Origin: a virus
DNA length: 45,870 nucleotides
Reading direction: 5' to 3' (one strand)
IMG/VR virus record: IMGVR_UViG_3300012931_000008
The position numbers and the translations under genes were made by a program. How positions within the stretch are numbered: the stretch's first letter is position 1; each line of letters begins with the position of its first letter. Positions 39,438 through 45,870 of this stretch are shown here, piece by piece. Below the pieces are notes generated by a model. It saw nothing but the letters and a program-made list of their open reading frames with translations, had not been told where the DNA came from and made no database searches.

Positions 39438-39710
39438 GTGCATGTAAAGCCATGTAAGTTCGATGGTTGCAAAAATTTCAGAAGCCTTAGCATAGAGACG
39501 CGGCGATGTGTGATGAAGGAATTAGAAGATTTAACTGGTTGTCTTACAAGAACTTATATCACGGGTCCTTCCTGGCGTATAGCGCTCAGCGGATAAAAAA
39601 CATGCGGATTAGGGATGGGTTTGATTTTTTTTTATCGGGTTTACATACGTAACGTTTTGCAAATACAGCAGTTAGAAAGCTCATGGGGGACATAGTGACA
39701 TCAAGATTTA
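39438..39710. other. AT-rich non-coding gap (candidate origin or promoter region)
   Basis: No ORF of 60 aa or more. A T9 run is present. catgtaa occurs twice. A hand count of one 60-nt line (39601-39660) gives 23 G+C. Confidence 0.4.
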
Positions 39711-40022
39711 ATGATTGCAACCAATTCAAACGCGACCGATTACAGCGATCCGCGATACGCGGCAGAGATGGAGACATGCGGCCCGGATTTTGATGCCGAC
39801 GTATGGCGCCTGGAGCGGGCCGCATGGATCAGCGAATGTCGAATCGAATTGTTTCGTCGGCTCGGCGCCAAGGTGTCCAGGCATCGCGTGCTTTGGTGGC
39901 CCGCCGGGTGCATCGGCTTGTTCGGTCCGCAGCGGCGGAATCTCTCGCGGTTGCGATACTTCGCCGGCGTTCCGAGCCATCATCGCGGCCGGCACTGGAA
40001 TCGTAAAAGGAGATCGATATGA
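39711..40022 (+). CDS. Hypothetical protein
   Basis: Chosen among four overlapping ORFs because its stop is ATGA-coupled to the next gene. Confidence 0.35.
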   Translation: MIATNSNATDYSDPRYAAEMETCGPDFDADVWRLERAAWISECRIELFRRLGAKVSRHRVLWWPAGCIGLFGPQRRNLSRLRYFAGVPSHHRGRHWNRKRRSI

Positions 40023-40231
40023 GTGACAGCCGAAGCACGCCACGCGAAACGCCGAACACTGAACGCAGTACGCTTTTGGGCATTGAGCTGCCGTTCGACT
40101 GGTGTCTGGTGAAAGGTGAAATGCTCCGCCGCCTACAGACGGACCTCCACGAAGCACAGCAGACCGCAGCGCTGCGGCTGCGGATCTGCGCGAATCTTCA
40201 AAGGCAACTTTTGCGGAAGGATGAACGATGA
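40019..40231 (+). CDS. Hypothetical 70-aa protein
   Basis: ATGA-coupled at both ends. Confidence 0.45.
   Translation: MSDSRSTPRETPNTERSTLLGIELPFDWCLVKGEMLRRLQTDLHEAQQTAALRLRICANLQRQLLRKDER
40035..40076 (+). repeat. G-type array, about 6 x 7 nt (ACGC phased every 7 nt)
   Basis: gcacgcc acgcgaa acgccga acactga acgcagt acgcttt, 16 nt after ATG 40019. Confidence 0.65.
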
Positions 40232-40947
40232 ACACTGAGGAGCATGGAACGACAGTAGCTTATTTGAGACGACGGATTGCTGAGGCTCAGAGGACGGTGA
40301 AGGTCTTTACCGAAAGCCTCGTGCTGCTCGAGGGTGTACCGGTCGTATCGTTGCCGGAAGAAATAATCCCTCCCGGTCCGGTAGCGTCGCTGGAGCAAAG
40401 GGCTGCCGATGCCGCCAGGGACGCCGAGAAATTGCGCAACCAAAGCAAGGCCGCTCGGCGGGCCGGCGGCAAGGCTGGCAAGAAACTGGAAAGGAACGCG
40501 CGCCGAGGGCCGAAAAAATCTTTTTCGACTTATATGGGCGTCTATAACGGCGGCCGCACCGCGGATGGCCGGCAGCGCTATTTGTCTTCCTTTTACAAAG
40601 ATGGCAAGAACAAGTATCTGGGCACATTCCATATCGAGGAAGAGGCCGCGGCGGCCGTTGCTCAAGCCCGGGGCGACAAAGCTGAAGCCCGGCGCCTTTA
40701 TCAGATTGCCCGCCAGAAGCAAATCGATCTCGCCGAATCGCAACGTCTTGACTATATGGGCCGCCGCAAGCAAGCAGATGCCCCCGAGCAGAAAGAGAAT
40801 AATCCCGACCGGAGCGCATCGCGCCGGCCGGTGGCCCAGGCGAAGGTCGTCTATCGCTGTAAGCGATGCAACCTGACGTTCAAGACCAAGCCGAAGCTGT
40901 GCGAGCAATGTCACAGCGGGGAGTTCATCGAGGAGCCCCAGGAGTGA
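40228..40947 (+). CDS. AP2-domain DNA-binding protein with a C-terminal zinc ribbon
   Basis: STYMGVYNGGRTADGRQRYLSSFYKDGKNKYLGTFHIEEEAAAAVAQA matches the AP2/ERF pattern. The zinc ribbon is CKRCN...CEQCH. Confidence 0.7.
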   Translation: MNTEEHGTTVAYLRRRIAEAQRTVKVFTESLVLLEGVPVVSLPEEIIPPGPVASLEQRAADAARDAEKLRNQSKAARRAGGKAGKKLERNARRGPKKSFSTYMGVYNGGRTADGRQRYLSSFYKDGKNKYLGTFHIEEEAAAAVAQARGDKAEARRLYQIARQKQIDLAESQRLDYMGRRKQADAPEQKENNPDRSASRRPVAQAKVVYRCKRCNLTFKTKPKLCEQCHSGEFIEEPQE

Positions 40948-40948
40948 A

Positions 40949-40975
40949 CCACGAAGGGCACGAAGAGCAACAAGG
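40949..40975 (+). repeat. B-type array, 3 x 9 nt
   Basis: TGA-a-ccacgaagg gcacgaaga gcaacaagg. Confidence 0.85.
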
Positions 40976-40990
40976 ATGGGAAGATAGACC

Positions 40991-41332
40991 ATGAGTTATT
41001 GGATAACCCTGAAGAATGCTGGCTTAGTCGTTGACACGGATACGATTCGTCAAGAAGGAGGAACGTACGTCTTCGGTGGCCAAACAGAAGCTGAATTGAA
41101 TGTGACCTACAACTATGCCCGCCATTTTGATTTCAGACAGCTTGATGGGATGAAGGCGGTCGAAGCCATGCCCATACTCAAAGAGGCGATAGATAAACTC
41201 AAGGATGACATGGTAGATGATTATTGGAAGCCTACCGAAGGAAACGTCAAACGGGCAGTCACCACGCTTTATGAATTTGCTCGATATAGCGTCGAACACA
41301 AAATGCTCGGCGCTGAATTTGAAGTCCATTGA
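40991..41332 (+). CDS. Hypothetical protein
   Basis: A 113-aa ORF between B arrays. The segment is AT-richer. Confidence 0.5.
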   Translation: MSYWITLKNAGLVVDTDTIRQEGGTYVFGGQTEAELNVTYNYARHFDFRQLDGMKAVEAMPILKEAIDKLKDDMVDDYWKPTEGNVKRAVTTLYEFARYSVEHKMLGAEFEVH

Positions 41333-41359
41333 TATGATTTTTAGTCTTCGTCGTTTTCA

Positions 41360-41386
41360 CCACGAAGGACACGAAGGGACACGAAA
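41360..41386 (+). repeat. B-type array, 3 x 9 nt
   Basis: ccacgaagg acacgaagg gacacgaaa, 11 nt before ATG 41398. Confidence 0.9.
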
Positions 41387-41397
41387 GACGATAAACG

Positions 41398-41757
41398 ATG
41401 GATGAACGAAAAATGATCCAAATGACCGCCGCGATGGAAGGGCAGGCTACGGTCATCAAGAACTTAGGCCGCAAGCATAAGGTCTCAGAGATGGAACTCA
41501 TCTGCCTGTGCAACTTCGCCAACTTAGGCCTCCTGGAGGTTTTCCGTGAGTTAGAAGGGCAGACTGGATATAAGGCCAGCCTGGAGATCGACCAGCTCAG
41601 AGAATCCATTCGACGGACCTTTGCGACCAAACAAAATCCCGATGGCCTGGCCCGGCTCGCCCAGAGCTGCACGGCCATCCTCTGCGAGCATCATCTGTCA
41701 CAATGGATTATCGGTTTAGACGATCAGCCGGAGGAAACCGCAGATGAACGCCGATGA
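41398..41757 (+). CDS. Hypothetical protein
   Basis: A 119-aa ORF. Its stop lies inside a C array. Confidence 0.5.
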   Translation: MDERKMIQMTAAMEGQATVIKNLGRKHKVSEMELICLCNFANLGLLEVFRELEGQTGYKASLEIDQLRESIRRTFATKQNPDGLARLAQSCTAILCEHHLSQWIIGLDDQPEETADERR

Positions 41758-41765
41758 ACGCTGAT
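41735..41765 (+). repeat. C-type array, 3 x 10 nt
   Basis: aaaccgcagat gaacgccgat gaacgctgat, followed by aatctgtga aatctgtgg. Confidence 0.8.
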
Positions 41766-41778
41766 TGCTGAGTAATCT

Positions 41779-42813
41779 GTGAAATCTGTGGCCAAGAAAA
41801 CGCAAAACGCAAAACGCAAAACGCACAACGCCGCGAAGCTCAGCGAAGCGGCAGCGCAGCGTCTGGGCTTCGCCTGCAAGGACATCGCCCAGGCGGACGC
41901 GGCGGCGGGGATCCGGCCGAACCTGGCCAAGTATCTCGGCCGGCATCCGCGATTGCGGGTCGCCTTCGAGCGCGGTCGATTTCTGGCGAACCTCAAGGCC
42001 CTGGCGGGCGTGGTGGCGACGGTCTCGGAGGCAGCGCACAAGCTGGGCCTTGTTTCCGGAGAGGCCCTGCGCGAAATCTTAGACAACGACGCCGAGGCGG
42101 CGGATATTTGGAGCCAGACCAGGCTCGATACGATCATCCAGGCCCGACAGGCCCTGCTGACGGCGGCCAAGGAGGGCAACCAGACGGCCATTCGGGCAGT
42201 CGAAAATTATCTGCGAGAGGAAAAGCAGGCCACCGGCCCCTCCATGGACCAGATGCACCTTTCGCAAAAGGAGATCTGCGATCTATTCTCCGTCAGCCGG
42301 GTGACGTTAGGCGAATGGCAAAGTAAACAAGGCCTGCCCCGCAACGTCGATAAGACGTACAACCTGGCCGATATGATCCGCTGGTTCGGCGAGTTCATCA
42401 GCCGCAAACAGGGCGGCCGCATCCTGCCGGCCGACAAGCTCCGCGACTTGAAGGCCGAAGAGAAGGCCATCGACTTAGCCGAGCGCCGCGGGCGGCTCCG
42501 TGATATCGAGGAGGTCATCAGCGGCCTGGCCGTCCGCTGGCAGCGGATCGTCGGGGCATTCCGCTACAAGCGAAGGGAGCTCGCCATGATGGTCCACGGC
42601 CAGACCGTCGAGCGGATCGAGGACGCCCTGGGCCGCTTCTTCGAGGACATCCAGCGAAGCTGGTGTGAGAAGCTGCCGGAGTTCGTGGATGTGCCGCCTG
42701 AGGCGGAGGGCAAGCTCAATGAGTTTCTCGAGCTGATGGTCAAAAAGATAGCCACAGAGGACACAGAGGACACAGAGAAAGGAAGCACACATGAATATAA
42801 AAAGAATATGTGA
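41779..42813 (+). CDS. terS: Terminase small subunit, Nu1-like, with an N-terminal extension
   Basis: LSQKEICDLFSVSRVTLGEWQSKQGLP..YNLADMIRWF and KAEEKAIDLAERRGRL parallel lambda Nu1. It lies upstream of the large terminase. Confidence 0.6.
   Translation: MKSVAKKTQNAKRKTHNAAKLSEAAAQRLGFACKDIAQADAAAGIRPNLAKYLGRHPRLRVAFERGRFLANLKALAGVVATVSEAAHKLGLVSGEALREILDNDAEAADIWSQTRLDTIIQARQALLTAAKEGNQTAIRAVENYLREEKQATGPSMDQMHLSQKEICDLFSVSRVTLGEWQSKQGLPRNVDKTYNLADMIRWFGEFISRKQGGRILPADKLRDLKAEEKAIDLAERRGRLRDIEEVISGLAVRWQRIVGAFRYKRRELAMMVHGQTVERIEDALGRFFEDIQRSWCEKLPEFVDVPPEAEGKLNEFLELMVKKIATEDTEDTEKGSTHEYKKNM
41797..41833 (+). repeat. G-type array, 5 x 7 nt
   Basis: aaaacgc repeated (aaacgca x4, then caacgcc), 18 nt after GTG 41779. 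Confidence 0.8.
42752..42778 (+). repeat. E-type array, 3 x 9 nt
   Basis: ccacagagg acacagagg acacagaga, followed by aaggaag and ATG 42791. Confidence 0.9.
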
Positions 42814-43240
42814 AGATTGCGTATTTTACGAAAAAAACGGGGCGACGAGCATAGCGATTTGTAGACGGTATGCGCCGCGGGCCCAGACTCGTTTGGATTT
42901 TGATGGTGTTAATCCAGATAACCCTCATTGGTCTGGGGAAGTGACTTGGCCAGCCGTTGAAGGGGATAGGGATTGGTGTGGCGAATTTGAATCAAGACAA
43001 GATAATAGTTGCGAATTGCCACTAGCGCTGTTGAGCAGCCATATACGGAGATTTCTACGCATAAGGGAAAAGAAGGGTAAGCCCATACGGACCGTTGAGC
43101 AGCTTCTATCATTAACCACAGTCGAAATATTGAGAGAGAATACGATAGGAGTGCAGACTCTTTATCAAATTGAACAACTGCAGAAAAAATTGCGTGGGAA
43201 ATTTGGTTCCAAAAGAGAACCCCTCAAGGCGGATATATAA
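42791..43240 (+). CDS. Hypothetical protein with a C-terminal helix-hairpin-helix resembling the RNA polymerase alpha CTD
   Basis: LSSHIRRFLRIREKKGKPIRTVEQLLSLTTVEILRENTIGVQTLYQIEQL. The gene is AT-richer and sits between terS and terL. Confidence 0.4.
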   Translation: MNIKRICEDCVFYEKNGATSIAICRRYAPRAQTRLDFDGVNPDNPHWSGEVTWPAVEGDRDWCGEFESRQDNSCELPLALLSSHIRRFLRIREKKGKPIRTVEQLLSLTTVEILRENTIGVQTLYQIEQLQKKLRGKFGSKREPLKADI

Positions 43241-43259
43241 GGATCCCTTGCGATAAAAG

Positions 43260-45212
43260 ATGATCCAAACAATCATAAATCATAAATCAGAAATCCGACG
43301 GCTTCACGTTCTGCCCCTGCAGGATGAGGAGCTGGATATCCTTCGTCCGCGCCAGCGGCCGCCGCTGATCGAGTGGCTGGAGAATAACTATATCCTGGAA
43401 GGGGGCACGGCGGCGATCGAGGGTCCGTGGAGCCGGGAATACACGCCCTATTTCGTGGAGCCCGCCGAGTGGCTCAGCGATTCCACGACGAGGGAGCTCT
43501 GGATACGGGCGTGCAGCCAGGGCGGCAAGACCACCTTTGGCACCGGGTTCGTCGGTTATATCGCGGCGGTGTCTCCCGGTCCGACGCTGCTCATCATGCC
43601 GACCAAACCCGATGTCCAGAACCGAGTCGAGGCCCGGATCCGCCCGATGTTCCGGGCGAATGAGGACCTGCTTCGCCACGTCCGGGGCCGCGAGCGCAAT
43701 ATCTACATCGGCAAGCAGACCGTCATGGACCACATGAATCTCTACATCGGCTGGCCTACGACGGCGCAGGCCCTGGCCGATAAGCCGGTCTGCTACATCG
43801 AGGCCGATGAGGTCGGTAAATTCCCCGCCTTCGTTGGCCCGGAAGCTGACCCCATCTCGCTGATGCGCAAGCGCCAGCGGTGGTTCAAGGGCCGCTCAAA
43901 GCTCCTGGCGATGAGCACTCCCGTCACGATGGATGATCTGGAGGATCAGAATTGGAAACGGGGCGATTGCTGCGAGCTGTGGGTGCCGTGCGCGCACTGC
44001 GGCCAGTGGCATCAGTTAGGCTGGTTTCGAGGCGAGAATGAGTACAACGTCGTCATTGAAAAGACCACTAAAGGTGATTGGTACAGCGAAGGGACCTACG
44101 CCCGGGGCCTGCACTGCTGGTACGAGTGCCCGCATTGTCACGCCCATTGGACCGAGGACGATCGCTGGAAGGCGGTGCAGGCGGGCAAGTGGGTGCCCGG
44201 CAGCTTGGCACTCGATGCAAGAGGTAACCTGGTCGGTCAACTTCTTCCCATGACGTATCGTTCGATTCGGATCCACGCCCTCATGCTGCACCCGATGGTC
44301 GAGACGGTTTCCGGATTAGTGGCCGAATTTGTCACGGCGGTCAAGGCGCGGGCCGCCGGCAATATCCAGCCCTACAAGGATTTCTGGAATAGCCAGCTCG
44401 CCCGCCCCTGGCAGGAAAAAAAGGCGATCACCGAGATCGAGGTCCTCAATCGCCACGTTGGCTCCTATCCGAAGGGCAAGGTCCCGCCCGGCGTCCAGAT
44501 GGCGACCGCCGGCATCGATGTACAATTGGATCATTGCTATATCGCCGTCTTAGGCTGGGGATATTTGGGCCAGTGGTGGAGCCTCTTCGAGGAGCGGATT
44601 GAGACAGGGCCGACGGACCGCTTAGAGAATCTTAAAAAACTGGAACCGTATCTTGCCATGCGCTTCGAGCTTTTGGAGGACCCCTCGCTTGTCATGCGGA
44701 TAGCGCTCGCCGCCATCGATCGCCAATATAACAGCGAGACGGTCGATGCCTTCTGCTGCCACTATGCCGGGATGCTGCCGATCATCCCCGTCATGGGCGA
44801 TGACCGGTTGAATAAGCAGCCCTGGCGGGTCGGGGCCGCCGCCGGCGGGCGATTGAAGCGGTACGATCTGAATGTCACGATGTACAAGGATGCCCTCTAT
44901 CGCGGCTATTTTGAGGCCATCGCCGCCGGGCCGGGCTACGGTCATCTTCACCGCGAAACCGAGTATTGGGTCTTGGAGCAGTTGACCAGTGAGACCAAAG
45001 AGATCGAGCGGCACGGCGAGCGGATCGTCTGGATCGGCTGGAAGCAGAAACCCGGCCGGGCGAACCATCTGTGGGATTGCAGCGTCTATGCCCGGGCGGC
45101 GGCGGAGATCCGGGGACTCTGGACCTTGGCCGACCCATCGGCGCCCAAACAGGAAGCGCCGAAGCCGCCCGGCCGACCGGTGGGTCGAAGACCGATCAGG
45201 ACGAAATACTAA
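43260..45212 (+). CDS. terL: Terminase large subunit, gpA family
   Basis: 650 aa. P-loop ACSQGGKTT. The size and the N-terminal ATPase plus C-terminal nuclease layout fit lambda gpA-type terminases. Confidence 0.85.
   Translation: MIQTIINHKSEIRRLHVLPLQDEELDILRPRQRPPLIEWLENNYILEGGTAAIEGPWSREYTPYFVEPAEWLSDSTTRELWIRACSQGGKTTFGTGFVGYIAAVSPGPTLLIMPTKPDVQNRVEARIRPMFRANEDLLRHVRGRERNIYIGKQTVMDHMNLYIGWPTTAQALADKPVCYIEADEVGKFPAFVGPEADPISLMRKRQRWFKGRSKLLAMSTPVTMDDLEDQNWKRGDCCELWVPCAHCGQWHQLGWFRGENEYNVVIEKTTKGDWYSEGTYARGLHCWYECPHCHAHWTEDDRWKAVQAGKWVPGSLALDARGNLVGQLLPMTYRSIRIHALMLHPMVETVSGLVAEFVTAVKARAAGNIQPYKDFWNSQLARPWQEKKAITEIEVLNRHVGSYPKGKVPPGVQMATAGIDVQLDHCYIAVLGWGYLGQWWSLFEERIETGPTDRLENLKKLEPYLAMRFELLEDPSLVMRIALAAIDRQYNSETVDAFCCHYAGMLPIIPVMGDDRLNKQPWRVGAAAGGRLKRYDLNVTMYKDALYRGYFEAIAAGPGYGHLHRETEYWVLEQLTSETKEIERHGERIVWIGWKQKPGRANHLWDCSVYARAAAEIRGLWTLADPSAPKQEAPKPPGRPVGRRPIRTKY
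43271..43298 (+). repeat. F-type array, 4 x 7 nt, inside the terL N-terminus
   Basis: aatcata aatcata aatcaga aatccga. TAA occurs in both non-coding frames. Confidence 0.75.
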
Positions 45213-45239
45213 CCACGAAGAACACGAAGAGACATGAAG
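45213..45239 (+). repeat. B-type array, 3 x 9 nt
   Basis: TAA-ccacgaaga acacgaaga gacatgaag. Confidence 0.85.
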
Positions 45240-45241
45240 TA

Positions 45242-45262
45242 AATCGAAAATCATAAATCATA
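45242..45262 (+). repeat. F-type array, 3 x 7 nt
   Basis: aatcgaa aatcata aatcata, followed by aggag and ATG 45274. Confidence 0.75.
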
Positions 45263-45273
45263 AGGAGTTCATT

Positions 45274-45567
45274 ATGAGTAAGAAGGATCAGTACAGTTTC
45301 CCGACCGTAAGCGTATGCCCGCGGTGCCGGGGGACCCAAACGCGGGCCGTCTCGACGCAGGGCCGGATCCAGTACCGCGTCTGTCAAGCGCCTGTATGCC
45401 GGCATCGGTACACGGTGACGGGGACGCTCGTAAAAATAAGCAAATCGAAAGAACGAAAGGAGCAAAACAATGGCCAAAAAACAAACAAGTCAGACCAGTC
45501 CGACAGGTCAGACAAGTCCGATCAATCTGTTGGCGAAGTATCCGGAGCTGCGCGACAAATTGATTGA
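45274..45567 (+). CDS. Zinc-ribbon protein
   Basis: AAGGAG lies 6 nt upstream. CPRCRG...CQAPVCRHRY. The 3' end overlaps the next gene and an A array, so the true stop and extent are uncertain. Confidence 0.5.
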   Translation: MSKKDQYSFPTVSVCPRCRGTQTRAVSTQGRIQYRVCQAPVCRHRYTVTGTLVKISKSKERKEQNNGQKTNKSDQSDRSDKSDQSVGEVSGAARQID

Positions 45568-45769
45568 AGCGCTTGGCACGGAGCACTTCATGGTGACGGT
45601 GCACTGCCAGCTCGTCAAACCGGGCACGCCTGGAGACTTGCAGCACTACCTCTTTCAATGCGCCTATCCGCCCGGCGATATCGTCGGCTCGCTCAAGCAT
45701 ATAGCGACCGTGCACGCGGCCAAAACCAACCCGGCGGCGGACGTCTCAGGCGTGAAAGGATGGATCTGA
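45470..45769 (+). CDS. Hypothetical protein; its last codons lie in the terminal repeat
   Basis: aaaggag lies 8 nt upstream. The N-terminus reads an A array as QTSQTSPTGQTSP. Confidence 0.5.
   Translation: MAKKQTSQTSPTGQTSPINLLAKYPELRDKLIEALGTEHFMVTVHCQLVKPGTPGDLQHYLFQCAYPPGDIVGSLKHIATVHAAKTNPAADVSGVKGWI
45489..45524 (+). repeat. A-type array, 4 x 9 nt
   Basis: gtcagacca gtccgacag gtcagacaa gtccgatca, 19 nt after ATG 45470. Confidence 0.9.
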
Positions 45770-45870
45770 CAAAAATTCTTTACAACGTTGTAAAGAATTT
45801 TCGTTTGGAAGCCAAAAAACGGCATTTTTTGCTTGTTTGGGGGCATTGAAAGTGGGCCAATAGAACCGAT
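45748..45870. repeat. Terminal direct repeat, copy 2 (identical to 1..123)
   Basis: Exact identity with the window start. Confidence 0.95.

Larger units (their letters stand above)
1..45870 (+). mobile_element. Complete temperate tailed-phage genome (lambda-like morphogenesis synteny), closed by a 123-bp terminal overlap
   Basis: Terminase, portal, protease, capsid, tail, integrase and replication modules are each present once. The two ends are identical. Confidence 0.9.

Noticed and set aside
39715-40235. Three alternative ORFs overlapping 39711..40022 (39715..40026 +, 39803..40006 + and 39726..40235 -)
   Set aside because: This GC-rich stretch is open in several frames. Only 39711..40022 ends in an ATGA overlap with the next coupled gene. 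Even that call is low confidence.
27061-45239. Could the short repeat arrays be CRISPR arrays or iterons?
   Set aside because: The units are 7-10 nt and directly abutting, with no spacers, so they are far too short for CRISPR repeats. They are scattered at more than 40 junctions rather than clustered at one origin, so classic iterons are unlikely.

Overview
The window is a complete tailed-phage genome. Bases 1-123 are identical to 45748-45870, giving 45,747 bp of unique sequence. All genes except two lie on the + strand. No database or HMM search was possible, so family calls rest on motifs read in the supplied translations, on gene order and on start/stop architecture. Repeat coordinates were hand-indexed and may be off by 1-2 nt.

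Layout:
- 265-16435: a morphogenesis operon collinear with phage lambda. It runs gpW-like, portal, S49 protease/scaffold, two decoration paralogs, major capsid, gpFII-like, gpZ-like, gpU-like, tail tube, G/GT chaperone with a canonical -1 slippery site, tape measure, gpM/L/K-like, a gpI-J fusion, and fibre-like proteins.
- 16725-22647: a seven-gene sugar-modification cassette sits inside the late operon. It holds three SAM methyltransferases, one SDR epimerase/dehydratase, and GT8-like, GT9-like and GT9+GT4 fusion glycosyltransferases.
- 22648-26112: a 1154-aa protein with an unknown N-domain, a six-bladed BNR-like propeller and a roughly 420-residue serine tract. It ends in a paralog of the gpFII head-tail joining protein.
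- 26207-26838: the only two minus-strand genes, followed by a 500-bp non-coding control region.
- 27344-43240: early, lysogeny and replication genes. These include a tyrosine integrase next to a tRNA 3' half, an initiator-like tRNA-Met(CAU), a radical SAM enzyme, a HerA-like ATPase, a ParB-like protein and an AP2-domain protein.
- 41779-45212: Nu1-like small and gpA-like large terminase.

Three observations stand out:
1. Homopolymeric serine tails or tracts occur on at least seven virion proteins and are co-encoded with the glycosyltransferase/methyltransferase cassette. I infer an O-glycosylated, mucin-like virion surface.
2. More than 40 short tandem oligonucleotide arrays (7-10 nt units, 3-5 copies, at least seven related families) sit at gene junctions. 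All are on the coding strand and they are read in different frames in different genes, so they look like nucleic-acid-level signals of unknown function.
3. Several coding anomalies are present. An in-frame TAA is followed by 26 more Ser codons, an in-frame TAG splits the gpZ-like gene, the gpJ-like gene is cut inside a conserved motif and followed by two genes with duplicated adaptors, and one frame carries nested starts.
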